A stretch of 64,000 bases of DNA from a virus, in the IMG/VR virus record IMGVR_UViG_3300044733_000695, positions 9,029 through 73,028 of that record; one strand, 5' to 3'. Below the pieces are notes generated by a model. The model saw nothing but the letters and a program-made list of their open reading frames with translations. It did no database searches and was not told the DNA's origin. Made by a program: the position numbers and the translations under genes. Shown here in pieces: positions 31,646-40,154 of this stretch (positions within the stretch are counted from its first letter, which is position 1; the number at the start of each line of letters is the position of its first letter).

Positions 31646-31725
31646 AAAACAATATACACCGTGCGCAGCGTTATCGGGGTTGATCCGGTCGCAGCGGTTA
31701 CCGTTGGCCAAGCAGCAGCCAGCCC

Positions 31726-31911
31726 ATGCGGGCGTTCCTGATCGAGATCACCGCGAAGGTGGTGCTCCGCTCCGACACTGACCCCGACGAGCTGCCAGCC
31801 AACCTCTACAGCCGCCTTTCGGAACACTTCGGCAACGACGACGACATCCTCGATCTTTGCATCGAGGCGATGCCCCTGCCGCTTGATCTCAGTGGACAAG
31901 GCGCACATTGA
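31726..31911 (+). CDS. Small acidic protein paired with HNH (phage B)
   Basis: Counterpart of 25394-25576. Confidence 0.65.
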   Translation: MRAFLIEITAKVVLRSDTDPDELPANLYSRLSEHFGNDDDILDLCIEAMPLPLDLSGQGAH

Positions 31912-32197
31912 TGAGACGCGGCTGGTCACAAGGCGCCACGCGCGCGATCAGATCCATCTGGCATGGGACTATCGCTGCGCCTACTGCGACGATCCGCTTG
32001 GGCGATCGCCCACTCTGGACCATGTCATCCCCAAGGTCCATGGCGGCCTGACCGTCCGCGAGAACCTGATCAGCTGCTGCCTTAGCTGCAACAGCCGCAA
32101 GGGCCACAAGGCGTGGCTCGACTGGTATCGCCAGCAAGAGTTCTGGTCAGCATCCCGTGAGTGGGCCATCGCCATGTGGGTGGCGGGTGAAAACTAG
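31883..32197 (+). CDS. HNH endonuclease
   Basis: CAYC...TLDHVIP...NLISCCLSCNSRK. Confidence 0.88.
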   Translation: MISVDKAHIDETRLVTRRHARDQIHLAWDYRCAYCDDPLGRSPTLDHVIPKVHGGLTVRENLISCCLSCNSRKGHKAWLDWYRQQEFWSASREWAIAMWVAGEN

Positions 32198-32282
32198 GGC
32201 AGGATCTTCTTCAGCAGGCAGATCACCAGCGCGCAGATCACCCAGTACATCACCGCCAGGTAGGCAATCACGGCAAGACTGC

Positions 32283-32456
32283 TCATCGGGCCAGCAGATG
32301 ATCAAGGTACAGCTCAGCCTGCCAGAGGTCGCTTGAGTATCGGCACATGCCGTGCGCGCAGCTGCGGTAGTACAGCTCTCCGCCGCCAGCAGGTTCCAGC
32401 GTTTCGATCCAGCCGCCGTCGCGATCCATGCGGCTCACGCAAACCGGCTCACTCAT
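32283..32456 (-). CDS. Hypothetical protein
   Basis: MSEPVCVS...YYRSCAHGMCRYSSDLWQA; overlaps both neighbours. Confidence 0.55.
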   Translation of the reverse strand: MSEPVCVSRMDRDGGWIETLEPAGGGELYYRSCAHGMCRYSSDLWQAELYLDHLLAR

Positions 32457-32634
32457 GGCGGCGAATCCAGTCCTTCAGGCTGATCACATACTGACGCAGG
32501 TCTTGGGCCCGCTCGAGGTGCCACCGGTCACCCGTCGCGAAATACAGACCGTTATGCCGGTCGATCGCGTGCAGCAGATCACGGATCAACGGGCACCACG
32601 GCTCACGGGTTGGCGTCAACCATTCGCGCGGCAT
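32449..32634 (-). CDS. Hypothetical protein
   Basis: Homologue of 4694-4957. Confidence 0.72.
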   Translation of the reverse strand: MPREWLTPTREPWCPLIRDLLHAIDRHNGLYFATGDRWHLERAQDLRQYVISLKDWIRRHE

Positions 32635-32637
32635 GGT

Positions 32638-32964
32638 TCACCGATCAGGCGTGAACATGGCGCAGCGTGCCGCAAATCGACCGCCAGTCTGCCGCGCTTC
32701 AGGAAACTGCAGGTTGCAGCGATTCCGCGTCGCTTCCCATTGCACGCAGTCCCAACACATCGGCACCGCCCCGGCTGGTCGGATGTTGGCGCACGCCATC
32801 TGATAGATGGACTGCGCACGCAGCATCGCATCCTGCAGCCGGATGGCGCCGGTGTCGGCTTCGAGCTGATGCTCAGGCTTGGGCCCTAACACCACACGCG
32901 CGTGCCAGGTACGGTCGGCGCGATCGCAGAAGAGAAGCAACCGGCCGCCGTAGAACGTGATCAT
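32638..32964 (-). CDS. Hypothetical protein with C-terminal Cys cluster
   Basis: CWDC...C...C; ATGA coupling. Confidence 0.65.
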   Translation of the reverse strand: MITFYGGRLLLFCDRADRTWHARVVLGPKPEHQLEADTGAIRLQDAMLRAQSIYQMACANIRPAGAVPMCWDCVQWEATRNRCNLQFPEARQTGGRFAARCAMFTPDR

Positions 32965-33193
32965 TCCGGCTCGCCGTAGCTGGGCGCGTGATACAACCGC
33001 TCAAGCAGCATCGAGGCCGGTTCACCGTCGCCGCTCATGATGGCCCGCGCTACCGGATCCGATTGATCCGCTGCGACGAACACTTCAAGGGCGTCATGCT
33101 CCTTCACCATCACCAAGCTGGTGCGAGGGCTGCGGACCAGCATCGCGACCGCCAGCCGCTCGAGGAAGGTCAGACCTGGCAGGTGGTGGTCGT

Positions 33194-33409
33194 TCATTGG
33201 CTCATGGTGCCAAGCAAACGGGTTAGGTACCACTGGGCCTTCATTAAGGATTCCTTGCCTCCTTTGTGCCGTTCACGCCAGGCGTACTTCATCAAGTTCC
33301 CCTTACAAAACCCGCGGAACTCCTCAGCCGTTAGCGCCGCTTGGATCGCGTCGATGCATTCAATCTCGCCCTGCCGGTAGTGGCCGGGCTGGTTGACGGG
33401 ATCAGACAT
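33194..33409 (-). CDS. DUF3310 (SaV-like) protein
   Basis: DPVNQPGHY...IECIDAI...GFCKGNLMKYAWR...KGG. Confidence 0.85.
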   Translation of the reverse strand: MSDPVNQPGHYRQGEIECIDAIQAALTAEEFRGFCKGNLMKYAWRERHKGGKESLMKAQWYLTRLLGTMSQ

Positions 33410-33926
33410 TGAACTGCCTCGAGGCGGTGGCAAGCTGGTCGTTGTTGTAGTGGCCAGTGACGGCATAGCTAACTGCTGGCCGCTGACTCATGCGGAAGAA
33501 CACCATCTGGCCAATCTTCAGACCGGGCCAGATCGGCAGCGATTGCAGCTGGCGCGCGTTCTTCAGCTCAAGCGTGAGCGTGCTGTCATGCCAGCCAGGA
33601 TCGGCATATCCAGCGTGCAGGTTCTCATAGCCCTCCCTGGCGCGGCTCGACTTCAGAAAGAACAGGCCGGCCACATCTTCGGGCATGTTGAAGGTCTCGA
33701 CCGTTTGGGCCAGTACAAACTGACCAGGCACCAACTGATAAGGATGCTCTGGCGTGTACCGGCTGATCTCGAGCGGGATCATCTGGTGGTTCTGGACCGA
33801 TTCAAGCATGATCAGGTTGCCAAGCCGCAGGTCCAAGCTGGCTGGATTGATCAGGTCTGGGTCATGGCCCTGCACCATCCCTTGAGTGGCGATCAGGTCT
33901 TCGATTTCGGTGTCGGAGAGAATCAT
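33402..33926 (-). CDS. dcd: dCTP deaminase (phage B)
   Basis: Same motifs as 27033-27587 and closely similar at DNA level. Confidence 0.9.
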   Translation of the reverse strand: MILSDTEIEDLIATQGMVQGHDPDLINPASLDLRLGNLIMLESVQNHQMIPLEISRYTPEHPYQLVPGQFVLAQTVETFNMPEDVAGLFFLKSSRAREGYENLHAGYADPGWHDSTLTLELKNARQLQSLPIWPGLKIGQMVFFRMSQRPAVSYAVTGHYNNDQLATASRQFNV

Positions 33927-34204
33927 GGTTTGGTGGTAGCGCGTCTGACGCGGCTCATGGCGTCAGACTTGAACTGTTGACAGGCATCTTCAAGGTCCTG
34001 CGCCAGCACAGCGGCTGAGCGGAGCATGGTGGCCAGCTTCACCGGCTTAAGGTCGCGCTCGGTCGCGTAACGGATCGCCTGCCGAAAACCTTGGCTGATG
34101 TTGCCGCCGCCAAGTTTGCGGGCAGCTTCGATCTCCTCGCGGCTCATGCGGATGTTGACCGTGAAGTTGCGACCGCGCTGCGTTGGTATGCGCGGGCTAG
34201 GCAT
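33923..34204 (-). CDS. Putative RHH DNA-binding protein
   Basis: Homologue of 27779-28069. Confidence 0.65.
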   Translation of the reverse strand: MPSPRIPTQRGRNFTVNIRMSREEIEAARKLGGGNISQGFRQAIRYATERDLKPVKLATMLRSAAVLAQDLEDACQQFKSDAMSRVRRATTKP

Positions 34205-34466
34205 TGCCCCACTTGCCAAGCAAGAACTGCCGGCACACATGGATGCACTGCTGCGCGTGTTTGTCAGCCAGATGGCTCTCGGTTTCGCCAATCGCCAGCA
34301 CACACGCGGCATGGAGTTCGGCGTAATCGGTGTCGCGGAAGTTGGCGCCCAGGTCCATGCTGAACTCCTCCCACAGGCCGGTATAGGTGCAGCAGGTGCG
34401 GCCACTGGCTTGGTAAAGCGCCTCGAGCATGTCGGCGCGTTGCTGATCGAGTTGAACCCGGTTCAT
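34197..34466 (-). CDS. Hypothetical protein
   Basis: MNRVQLDQQRADMLEALY; coupled to neighbours. Confidence 0.6.
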   Translation of the reverse strand: MNRVQLDQQRADMLEALYQASGRTCCTYTGLWEEFSMDLGANFRDTDYAELHAACVLAIGETESHLADKHAQQCIHVCRQFLLGKWGNA

Positions 34467-34669
34467 TGGTGTGGGTGCATGGCTTGGCGGATCGTAAGCA
34501 GTTCTTCCCGGCGTGCCGAGATGTGCGGGTGACTGGGCAGCCCAGCCAGCTGGTCGAGCCGTGCATCGATCAAGGCGCACAGCCGCAGCCGTTCTTCGAC
34601 CTGGCCGGCGTTGAACATGCCCGAATCGCTGATGAGCGCTTCAAGTTTGGCGCGAATGTGGTCGGTCAT
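34463..34669 (-). CDS. Hypothetical protein
   Basis: ATGA-coupled early gene. Confidence 0.6.
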   Translation of the reverse strand: MTDHIRAKLEALISDSGMFNAGQVEERLRLCALIDARLDQLAGLPSHPHISARREELLTIRQAMHPHQ

Positions 34670-34863
34670 CGCAGGCTCGGGTTCCGCTCTGCAGCGGTCA
34701 GTGATGGGTGGTCATCGTCATCGTCTTCCCAGTCGGGCTGAAGCAGCACGCTCAGCACCTGCTGGCCTGGGTACAGCTCCATCGCGCTCAGCGCAGCGGT
34801 GGCCGCGTTCGGTGCCAGCAGCTCAACCTGATCGATCGCGAGGGTGACGCGGTAGCAGTTCAT
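34666..34863 (-). CDS. Hypothetical protein
   Basis: HPSLTAAERNPSL C-terminus; ATGA coupling. Confidence 0.6.
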   Translation of the reverse strand: MNCYRVTLAIDQVELLAPNAATAALSAMELYPGQQVLSVLLQPDWEDDDDDHPSLTAAERNPSLR

Positions 34864-35078
34864 GCCACCTCCACCTCAGAGCCGGGCCAGCGAGCCTGCG
34901 CGTATTTGATCGCGTGCCGTTTCGTCTCGGCGCGGGTGATCCATGTCATCGGCTGAGAGCCGGGCTTGAACACCAGCAGCCTGAACTCGCGTGTCCGGGC
35001 CTTGGGCTTCGGGCGGCTGATGCCGTCGCCGTAGCGGCCCTGCTGCTGGTCATCCCACTGAAGGCAGACGTTATCCAT
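34860..35078 (-). CDS. Hypothetical protein
   Basis: AETKRHAIKYAQARWP; coupled. Confidence 0.6.
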   Translation of the reverse strand: MDNVCLQWDDQQQGRYGDGISRPKPKARTREFRLLVFKPGSQPMTWITRAETKRHAIKYAQARWPGSEVEVA

Positions 35079-35253
35079 CGATGGTGCGGGCGATGTGTTG
35101 CGGGTCGATCCATTCCATCTCGTCCCAGAACGGCAACCAGTCAGTGGCTGCTTTGGCCTTGGCATCCGTCAGGCTGTACGCCCAGATGCATTCGATCACG
35201 TTGGCGTCGCGGATAGTGAAGTAAAAGCGGCGCAGCTCAGGGGCGTCAGTCAT
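35071..35253 (-). CDS. Hypothetical protein
   Basis: RRFYFTI...AYSLTDAK; coupled. Confidence 0.55.
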   Translation of the reverse strand: MTDAPELRRFYFTIRDANVIECIWAYSLTDAKAKAATDWLPFWDEMEWIDPQHIARTIDG

Positions 35254-35393
35254 GGCTTCAACCCCGGATGGCACGCAGGGTGTTGGTGGTGGGCCAGCGT
35301 GGCCTGATCGCGGCCGGCAGCGATGCCGATGCCGTAGAGCATGAACATCAGCACAAGCAGGCCGACGCGATTCCAGAAGCGGTTGGTGATCAT
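35250..35393 (-). CDS. Small membrane protein, 47 aa
   Basis: MITNRFWNRVGLLVLMFMLYGIGIAAGRDQ...HPACHPGLKP; homologue of 1028-1171. Confidence 0.75.
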   Translation of the reverse strand: MITNRFWNRVGLLVLMFMLYGIGIAAGRDQATLAHHQHPACHPGLKP

Positions 35394-35584
35394 GATGCGA
35401 GCGCCCGGCGGACGCGGTAGCGGGTGAGGTTGAGGCGATCTGCGATCTGCTGCTGGGTGAGACCAGCGCGACGCAGGATGAGAACACGGCGATCGGTGGA
35501 AGCCGTCAGCCAGTCGATCAGAGCGACCAGCACTAGCAGCGGCAGGATCAGCTTCCAGATCACCAGAGCAGTGGCGGTGAACAT
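35390..35584 (-). CDS. Membrane-anchored HTH protein
   Basis: Hydrophobic segment then GLTQQQIADRLNLTRYRVRRALA. Confidence 0.7.
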   Translation of the reverse strand: MFTATALVIWKLILPLLVLVALIDWLTASTDRRVLILRRAGLTQQQIADRLNLTRYRVRRALAS

Positions 35585-35618
35585 GGCGTGGTGGGGTGGG
35601 TGAAGAGCCCCGGAGGGC

Positions 35619-35843
35619 TCAGACGACGGCAACCAGGCGGTCCTTGCCCATGCGCTTCTCCCAAGTGGTGCCGTCGTTGTTGGCGAATTGTGCGATCACC
35701 TGAGCCTTTGTCTCCTTGACAAAACCAACGAAGGCGTGGGTGTAACCAAAGTTCCAAATAGTCACGTCGCCGGCTTGAAGCTGACCGGCGGGTTTGCCTT
35801 TGCAGCGGCCGACGGACTGGATCTGAACGGTGGCGGTGGTCAT
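35619..35843 (-). CDS. Hypothetical early protein
   Basis: ATG at 35843 after a leader resembling 990-1030; followed by a GAGCCC/GGGCTC hairpin. Confidence 0.6.
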   Translation of the reverse strand: MTTATVQIQSVGRCKGKPAGQLQAGDVTIWNFGYTHAFVGFVKETKAQVIAQFANNDGTTWEKRMGKDRLVAVV

Positions 35844-35930
35844 GGTTGGCGGGGTGGGTAGTGGCCTCGTCGGCCGTGCACACAGTATGGGACACCGCCG
35901 GCAGTGCACGCTAGGGGGCTGTAACAGTTC

Positions 35931-36176
35931 TTAATCCGGCGAGTCGGCAAGGCCGCCTGGCGTCACCTCAGCAGCAAGCTCCACCGGCACCCGCAACACT
36001 GGCTTGTTCATGTGATCGTGGCTGTAACCGATGGCGTACCGGCTCACTGGCAGCTCGACCGTGAACCACACATGCTTGCACTGGCGGCATTGCCGTTTAC
36101 GCACCGTCTGGTTCTCATACACGTTGTTGGTGATCACCGCATAGAAGCGGCCGGCACCGCATTGGGGGCATTTCAT
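35931..36176 (-). CDS. NrdR N-terminal-like zinc ribbon protein
   Basis: MKCPQC...RKRQCRQCKHVWFTVE. Confidence 0.72.
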   Translation of the reverse strand: MKCPQCGAGRFYAVITNNVYENQTVRKRQCRQCKHVWFTVELPVSRYAIGYSHDHMNKPVLRVPVELAAEVTPGGLADSPD

Positions 36177-36205
36177 GGGCAACATGGGGCAACTGCCCCG
36201 ATTCG

Positions 36206-36421
36206 ATGGACTTCGGAAAATGGCTGCAAGTCGAGATCGCCCCTGAGAAGCTGTTCAAGCTGGAAGGCGACTGCCGGATGCTTGAAGCCAATGGCAAAGC
36301 CGGGCAGCTTGCCGCCCAGCTCCTTAGGCAGACCTACCGCCAGCAGGAAATGCTCCAGGCGGCGGTCCATGAGATCGCACGCCTGGAGCTGATGCTGCTG
36401 CATCAGAACACGTCAGCCTGA
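36206..36421 (+). CDS. Hypothetical protein
   Basis: Helical ORF opposite to its neighbours; AVHEIARLE. Confidence 0.55.
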   Translation: MDFGKWLQVEIAPEKLFKLEGDCRMLEANGKAGQLAAQLLRQTYRQQEMLQAAVHEIARLELMLLHQNTSA

Positions 36422-36768
36422 ACCACCACGCCGCCGGTAGCAGCCGCCAGGCTCTCAGCCGCAGCAGGTGCCGACTCCTCGATCGCCTTTTGCGTCTTGT
36501 AGTCGGGCTCGATCGCCATCGATACATAGGCATCGCCGCCGCTGGCAGGTTCCTTCCGCCAGCCGCTGATCCGCATCGGGATCTGATCGCGTTCGTTCGG
36601 CTTTGCATCCATCAAGTACTTAGCCATCGCATACGCCTGATCGGCCGGCACGCTGATTACGCCGTCATACATCGGATAGTTCTTGGACGGGTCGAACCGA
36701 TCCTTCAGCCGCGCGCGCAGCTTTTCCTCGGTGTTTCTGAACAATGCGCCGTTTGCTTTGAAGGTCAT
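36403..36768 (-). CDS. Putative ssDNA-binding protein, non-SSB type
   Basis: Occupies the ssb position; GALFRN...PMYDG...ISGW...YVSM; DVF tail. Confidence 0.5.
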   Translation of the reverse strand: MTFKANGALFRNTEEKLRARLKDRFDPSKNYPMYDGVISVPADQAYAMAKYLMDAKPNERDQIPMRISGWRKEPASGGDAYVSMAIEPDYKTQKAIEESAPAAAESLAAATGGVVVQADVF

Positions 36769-36771
36769 GGG

Positions 36772-36957
36772 TTAGTCGTGAGTGATGGTGTTGGCCTGTT
36801 CGTAACGCTCCACCTCGGCCAATGGGTAGAGCACGCGCCCTTCGATGCGCGCATAGGCTGGCCCAGTTGCCTGCCGGCGCCACCTAAGCAGCGTCTGCCG
36901 GTGAACTTGCCATCGTGCAGCCAACTGCACATCAGTCAAAAAATCAGAAGAGTTCAT
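36772..36957 (-). CDS. AlpA/excisionase-like HTH protein
   Basis: FLTDVQLAARW...GPAY...RVLYP. Confidence 0.75.
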   Translation of the reverse strand: MNSSDFLTDVQLAARWQVHRQTLLRWRRQATGPAYARIEGRVLYPLAEVERYEQANTITHD

Positions 36958-37612
36958 CAGTCACCACCTCCACGGGTTCGGGCTCAGGCTGAGCGATCGC
37001 AGCGTTCAACTGATCCAGGCTGGTCTTCGGCAATTCAGGCTTGACCGTCACCGGCTCAATGTCAACTACTTCCTCCTGCGTCTGGATGCCGACCAACAAC
37101 TCAGGGATGTAAAGCCGCCCCCAGAAAGCCGCGGCCCTGTACCTGATCATCAGATCCGGCATGGTCTGCCACTTGCTGCCTGATTTCGTTGCCCATCCTT
37201 CCTTCTTGGCCATCGCCATCGTGACGGTTGGCCCGCGCAAATCTTTGCCACTGGCCAGCTCGGTGGCGACACAGGTGCAGGCCAAAGAGTCGCCCTGACC
37301 TGTCACCTCATACTGCAGCGGGCTGAAGCGGCCGCAGCCGTTGATCAGGCCGATGATGAACTGGCTGCTCCACGATGGGCGCCCATGGATGATGTGCAGG
37401 TTCTGCATCACCTGGAAGGGTGACATCCGCATCCGGTTCGCAATCTCAAGCGCAACCAGGCAATTGGCGAACCCTTGCTGTCCTTGAAATTGCGGCGGGA
37501 TCAACGTGCTGCTAGCCAATGCCTTGGCGATCCGTTGAGCGTCCTCGAAGGCTTGAATGCCCGAGAACACCGAACCTGCTGGCTGGGTGGTGATCGCTGT
37601 GGATTCGGTCAT
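36944..37612 (-). CDS. RecT-like single-strand annealing protein
   Basis: VMQNLHIIHGRPSW, KWQTMPDLMIRYRAAAFWGR; next to the exonuclease. Confidence 0.72.
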   Translation of the reverse strand: MTESTAITTQPAGSVFSGIQAFEDAQRIAKALASSTLIPPQFQGQQGFANCLVALEIANRMRMSPFQVMQNLHIIHGRPSWSSQFIIGLINGCGRFSPLQYEVTGQGDSLACTCVATELASGKDLRGPTVTMAMAKKEGWATKSGSKWQTMPDLMIRYRAAAFWGRLYIPELLVGIQTQEEVVDIEPVTVKPELPKTSLDQLNAAIAQPEPEPVEVVTDELF

Positions 37613-37614
37613 GA

Positions 37615-38457
37615 TCAGTAGGTTTCGATTTCAGTGGGTGGTTGCATCGTCGATCCATCCGGCCGCGGCAGCATCCATGGCGGCAGGCTGATCGGCTCGA
37701 TCTGGTCGCTGTAACCAGGCCAGACGTTGCCAGCCTTGCAAGTGGCAAGCACATCCAGATCGCGGGCAGCAGTCTCGGCGCCGATCGTCACCATTACCGG
37801 CGACGCGGCATAAACCGCCACGCAATAGGGCGGACGCTTTTCAACGCAGATAAACAAGAACTGATCAGGTCGGTGGCCGGTTGCGTGCTCGATGCCGTCC
37901 AGATACCAGCTGGCTTGGACGTGATACCGATAAGCGCCGATCGACTTGCGAAACCCTTCGGGGCTGGCATCCTCGGTCGTCTTCAGGTCAACGATCAGGT
38001 TGCCGTCATTGGTCAGCCAGTCGGGGCGGCACTTACAGGCCAGACCCGTCGCCTGATCAGTCCACATGTGGGTGGTCTCCGCCTTGCCCTGCCAATGAAG
38101 CAGCGCCGCTGCTGCTGGATGCGACCACACAGCTTCAGCCATGCGGCTGATCTGCGCGCGATCGTCGGCCGCGATCAGCTCACGACCGCCAGCTTCAGCC
38201 TCGAACTCTGCCCAGGCTTCTTTGCCCGCCTTGGTACGGCGATCGACCTGCGGCGCCGTGACGTAGCGGCTTTCGAATTGATCCTGCTCGAGCACCAGCG
38301 TGTGGATCGCGGTGCCGATACGCATCGCTGCGGTCGGCTCTGGCACCTCCCGCTTTGGGTCGAGGTAGCGCGCCCAGTAATGCAGCGGGCTGCGGGCCAC
38401 CAGGTCGAGGTGCGACTTGCTGACCGCTGGGTGGGCGTGATAGGTGGCGTTGTCCAT
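37615..38457 (-). CDS. Exonuclease VIII-like nuclease (DUF3799-like)
   Basis: YHAHPAVSKS, KCRPD, DLKT, YHVQASWY; likely ATG at 38457. Confidence 0.88.
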   Translation of the reverse strand: MDNATYHAHPAVSKSHLDLVARSPLHYWARYLDPKREVPEPTAAMRIGTAIHTLVLEQDQFESRYVTAPQVDRRTKAGKEAWAEFEAEAGGRELIAADDRAQISRMAEAVWSHPAAAALLHWQGKAETTHMWTDQATGLACKCRPDWLTNDGNLIVDLKTTEDASPEGFRKSIGAYRYHVQASWYLDGIEHATGHRPDQFLFICVEKRPPYCVAVYAASPVMVTIGAETAARDLDVLATCKAGNVWPGYSDQIEPISLPPWMLPRPDGSTMQPPTEIETY

Positions 38458-38477
38458 GGCGTGACGCAACAAGCCAC

Positions 38478-38506
38478 ATCGTATAGCATCAGCACACACG
38501 CTGCAA
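38478..38506 (-). promoter_or_regulatory. Promoter for the recombination operon
   Basis: TTGCAG-17 bp-TACGAT in the divergent intergenic gap. Confidence 0.55.
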
Positions 38507-38510
38507 CAGC

Positions 38511-40154
38511 TTGAACCTCCGCCCCTACCAACACCGCGCGATCGATGATCTCCGCAATGCCTACCGCTCAGGCGCGCGCGCGCCCCTGCTGGTGGCTCCA
38601 ACTGGGGCAGGCAAGACCGTCATCTTGGCCGCCATCACCGCGAGTGCCACAGCCCGCGGCCGCAAGGTGCTCATCCTTGTGCATCGACGTGAGCTGATCC
38701 ATCAAGCCAGCAGCAAACTCACAGCCGCCGGCGTCGAGCACGGCATTATCGCCGCTGGCGTTCAACGTGCAGATGCAACAGTCCAGGTCGCATCCGTGCA
38801 AACGCTCGTCCGCCGGCTCGCCACCACCGACTGGGAGCCGTGCCTGATCATCATCGATGAAGCACACCACGCCGCGGCTGGCTCCTGGTCGCAGATCATC
38901 AGCCACTGGCCTGGTGCGTTGCGCCTGGGCGTCACGGCCACACCTTGCCGCCTTGATGGCCGCGGCCTTGGCGACACCTTCGATGCGCTCATCGAAGGCC
39001 CATCGGTCCAGATGCTCACTTCGGCCGGCTACCTGTCACCCGCGCGGATCTTTGCGCCGCCCATCGTGGCCGATCTGTCGCAGCTGCGCCGCCGTGCTGG
39101 CGATTACGCCATCGACCAAGCTGCAGACGCCATGACCCGGCCAACGGTGACCGGTGACGCCATCCACCACTACCGCAAGCTGGGCGGCGCTCAGCAGGCG
39201 ATCGCGTTCTGCTGCAATGTCAACCACGCCGTCTCAGTTCGGGACTCATTTGAGACGGCAGGGATCAGCTCAGCTCTGCTGCTGGGCGAGACAGCCGATC
39301 GGGATGCGGTGGTTGCCGCGTTTGCGGCTGGCACCATCCGCGTGCTGGTGACGGTCGACGTCGTCTCAGAGGGATTCGACATCCCCGCCGCCAGCGTCGC
39401 CATCCTGCTAAGGCCGACCCAGTCGCTCGGCCTGTACCTGCAGCAGGTTGGTCGCGTGCTCAGGCCCGCACCAGGCAAGGACGCCGCGTTGATCCTCGAT
39501 CACGTCGGTAACGTCACCCGGCACGGCTTTCCTGATGACATCCGCCAGTGGTCGCTCGAGCATGGCGCCAAGCGCGCAGGTGGCAACGAGCAAGCGCCAT
39601 CAGTGCGGACATGTTCGCAATGCTTCGCGGCATTCAAGCCGGCACCAATCTGTCCATGCTGTGGCTTTAACTGTGTGCCTGATACCCACGAAATCCGCGT
39701 GGTAGACGGGGAATTAGTAGAAGTCGAAAAACCATGGAAACCTCGCCTAGGAGAAGAAGTGATATGTAATCTTTTTAGACAACGATATTACTTCGCAGGT
39801 ATAACCTCAACAGGTCAAGCAAGATTGTCGCTAGATCGCCTTTTCGCTGAAAAAGGAGAGTGTTCAATTCTTGAGGCAAAATCAGTGATAGACAGGCTTG
39901 GACATTTTGCAATTGTTAACGCAGACTTAGAAACATTGAAGCAAGTTGAACCAAGCCATGCGTTAAAAGCCGCTCGCCGCGAACAAGGCAAAGCCCAAAC
40001 CCTCCAGCAGCTCATCGCCATCGGCCATGCCCGCAACATGCGCAACCCCGTAGCGTGGGCCAAGCATGTGCTTTATGCCAGGTCGCTGAAGGATGGCCAA
40101 CGCCGAAACCACCCTGCAGCAGCAGATACGCCTGGCGGTCGGTTCCCGATCTGA
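38511..40154 (+). CDS. SF2 DEAD/DEAH helicase with C-terminal Zn finger
   Basis: PTGAGKT, IIDEAHH, TAT, EGFDIP, QQVGRVLR; CSQC...CPCC. Confidence 0.92.
   Translation: MNLRPYQHRAIDDLRNAYRSGARAPLLVAPTGAGKTVILAAITASATARGRKVLILVHRRELIHQASSKLTAAGVEHGIIAAGVQRADATVQVASVQTLVRRLATTDWEPCLIIIDEAHHAAAGSWSQIISHWPGALRLGVTATPCRLDGRGLGDTFDALIEGPSVQMLTSAGYLSPARIFAPPIVADLSQLRRRAGDYAIDQAADAMTRPTVTGDAIHHYRKLGGAQQAIAFCCNVNHAVSVRDSFETAGISSALLLGETADRDAVVAAFAAGTIRVLVTVDVVSEGFDIPAASVAILLRPTQSLGLYLQQVGRVLRPAPGKDAALILDHVGNVTRHGFPDDIRQWSLEHGAKRAGGNEQAPSVRTCSQCFAAFKPAPICPCCGFNCVPDTHEIRVVDGELVEVEKPWKPRLGEEVICNLFRQRYYFAGITSTGQARLSLDRLFAEKGECSILEAKSVIDRLGHFAIVNADLETLKQVEPSHALKAARREQGKAQTLQQLIAIGHARNMRNPVAWAKHVLYARSLKDGQRRNHPAAADTPGGRFPI

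Noticed and set aside
32638-32964. Integrase
   Set aside because: The N-terminus vaguely recalls an arm-binding domain, but it is only 108 aa with no R-H-R-Y or serine recombinase catalytic motifs
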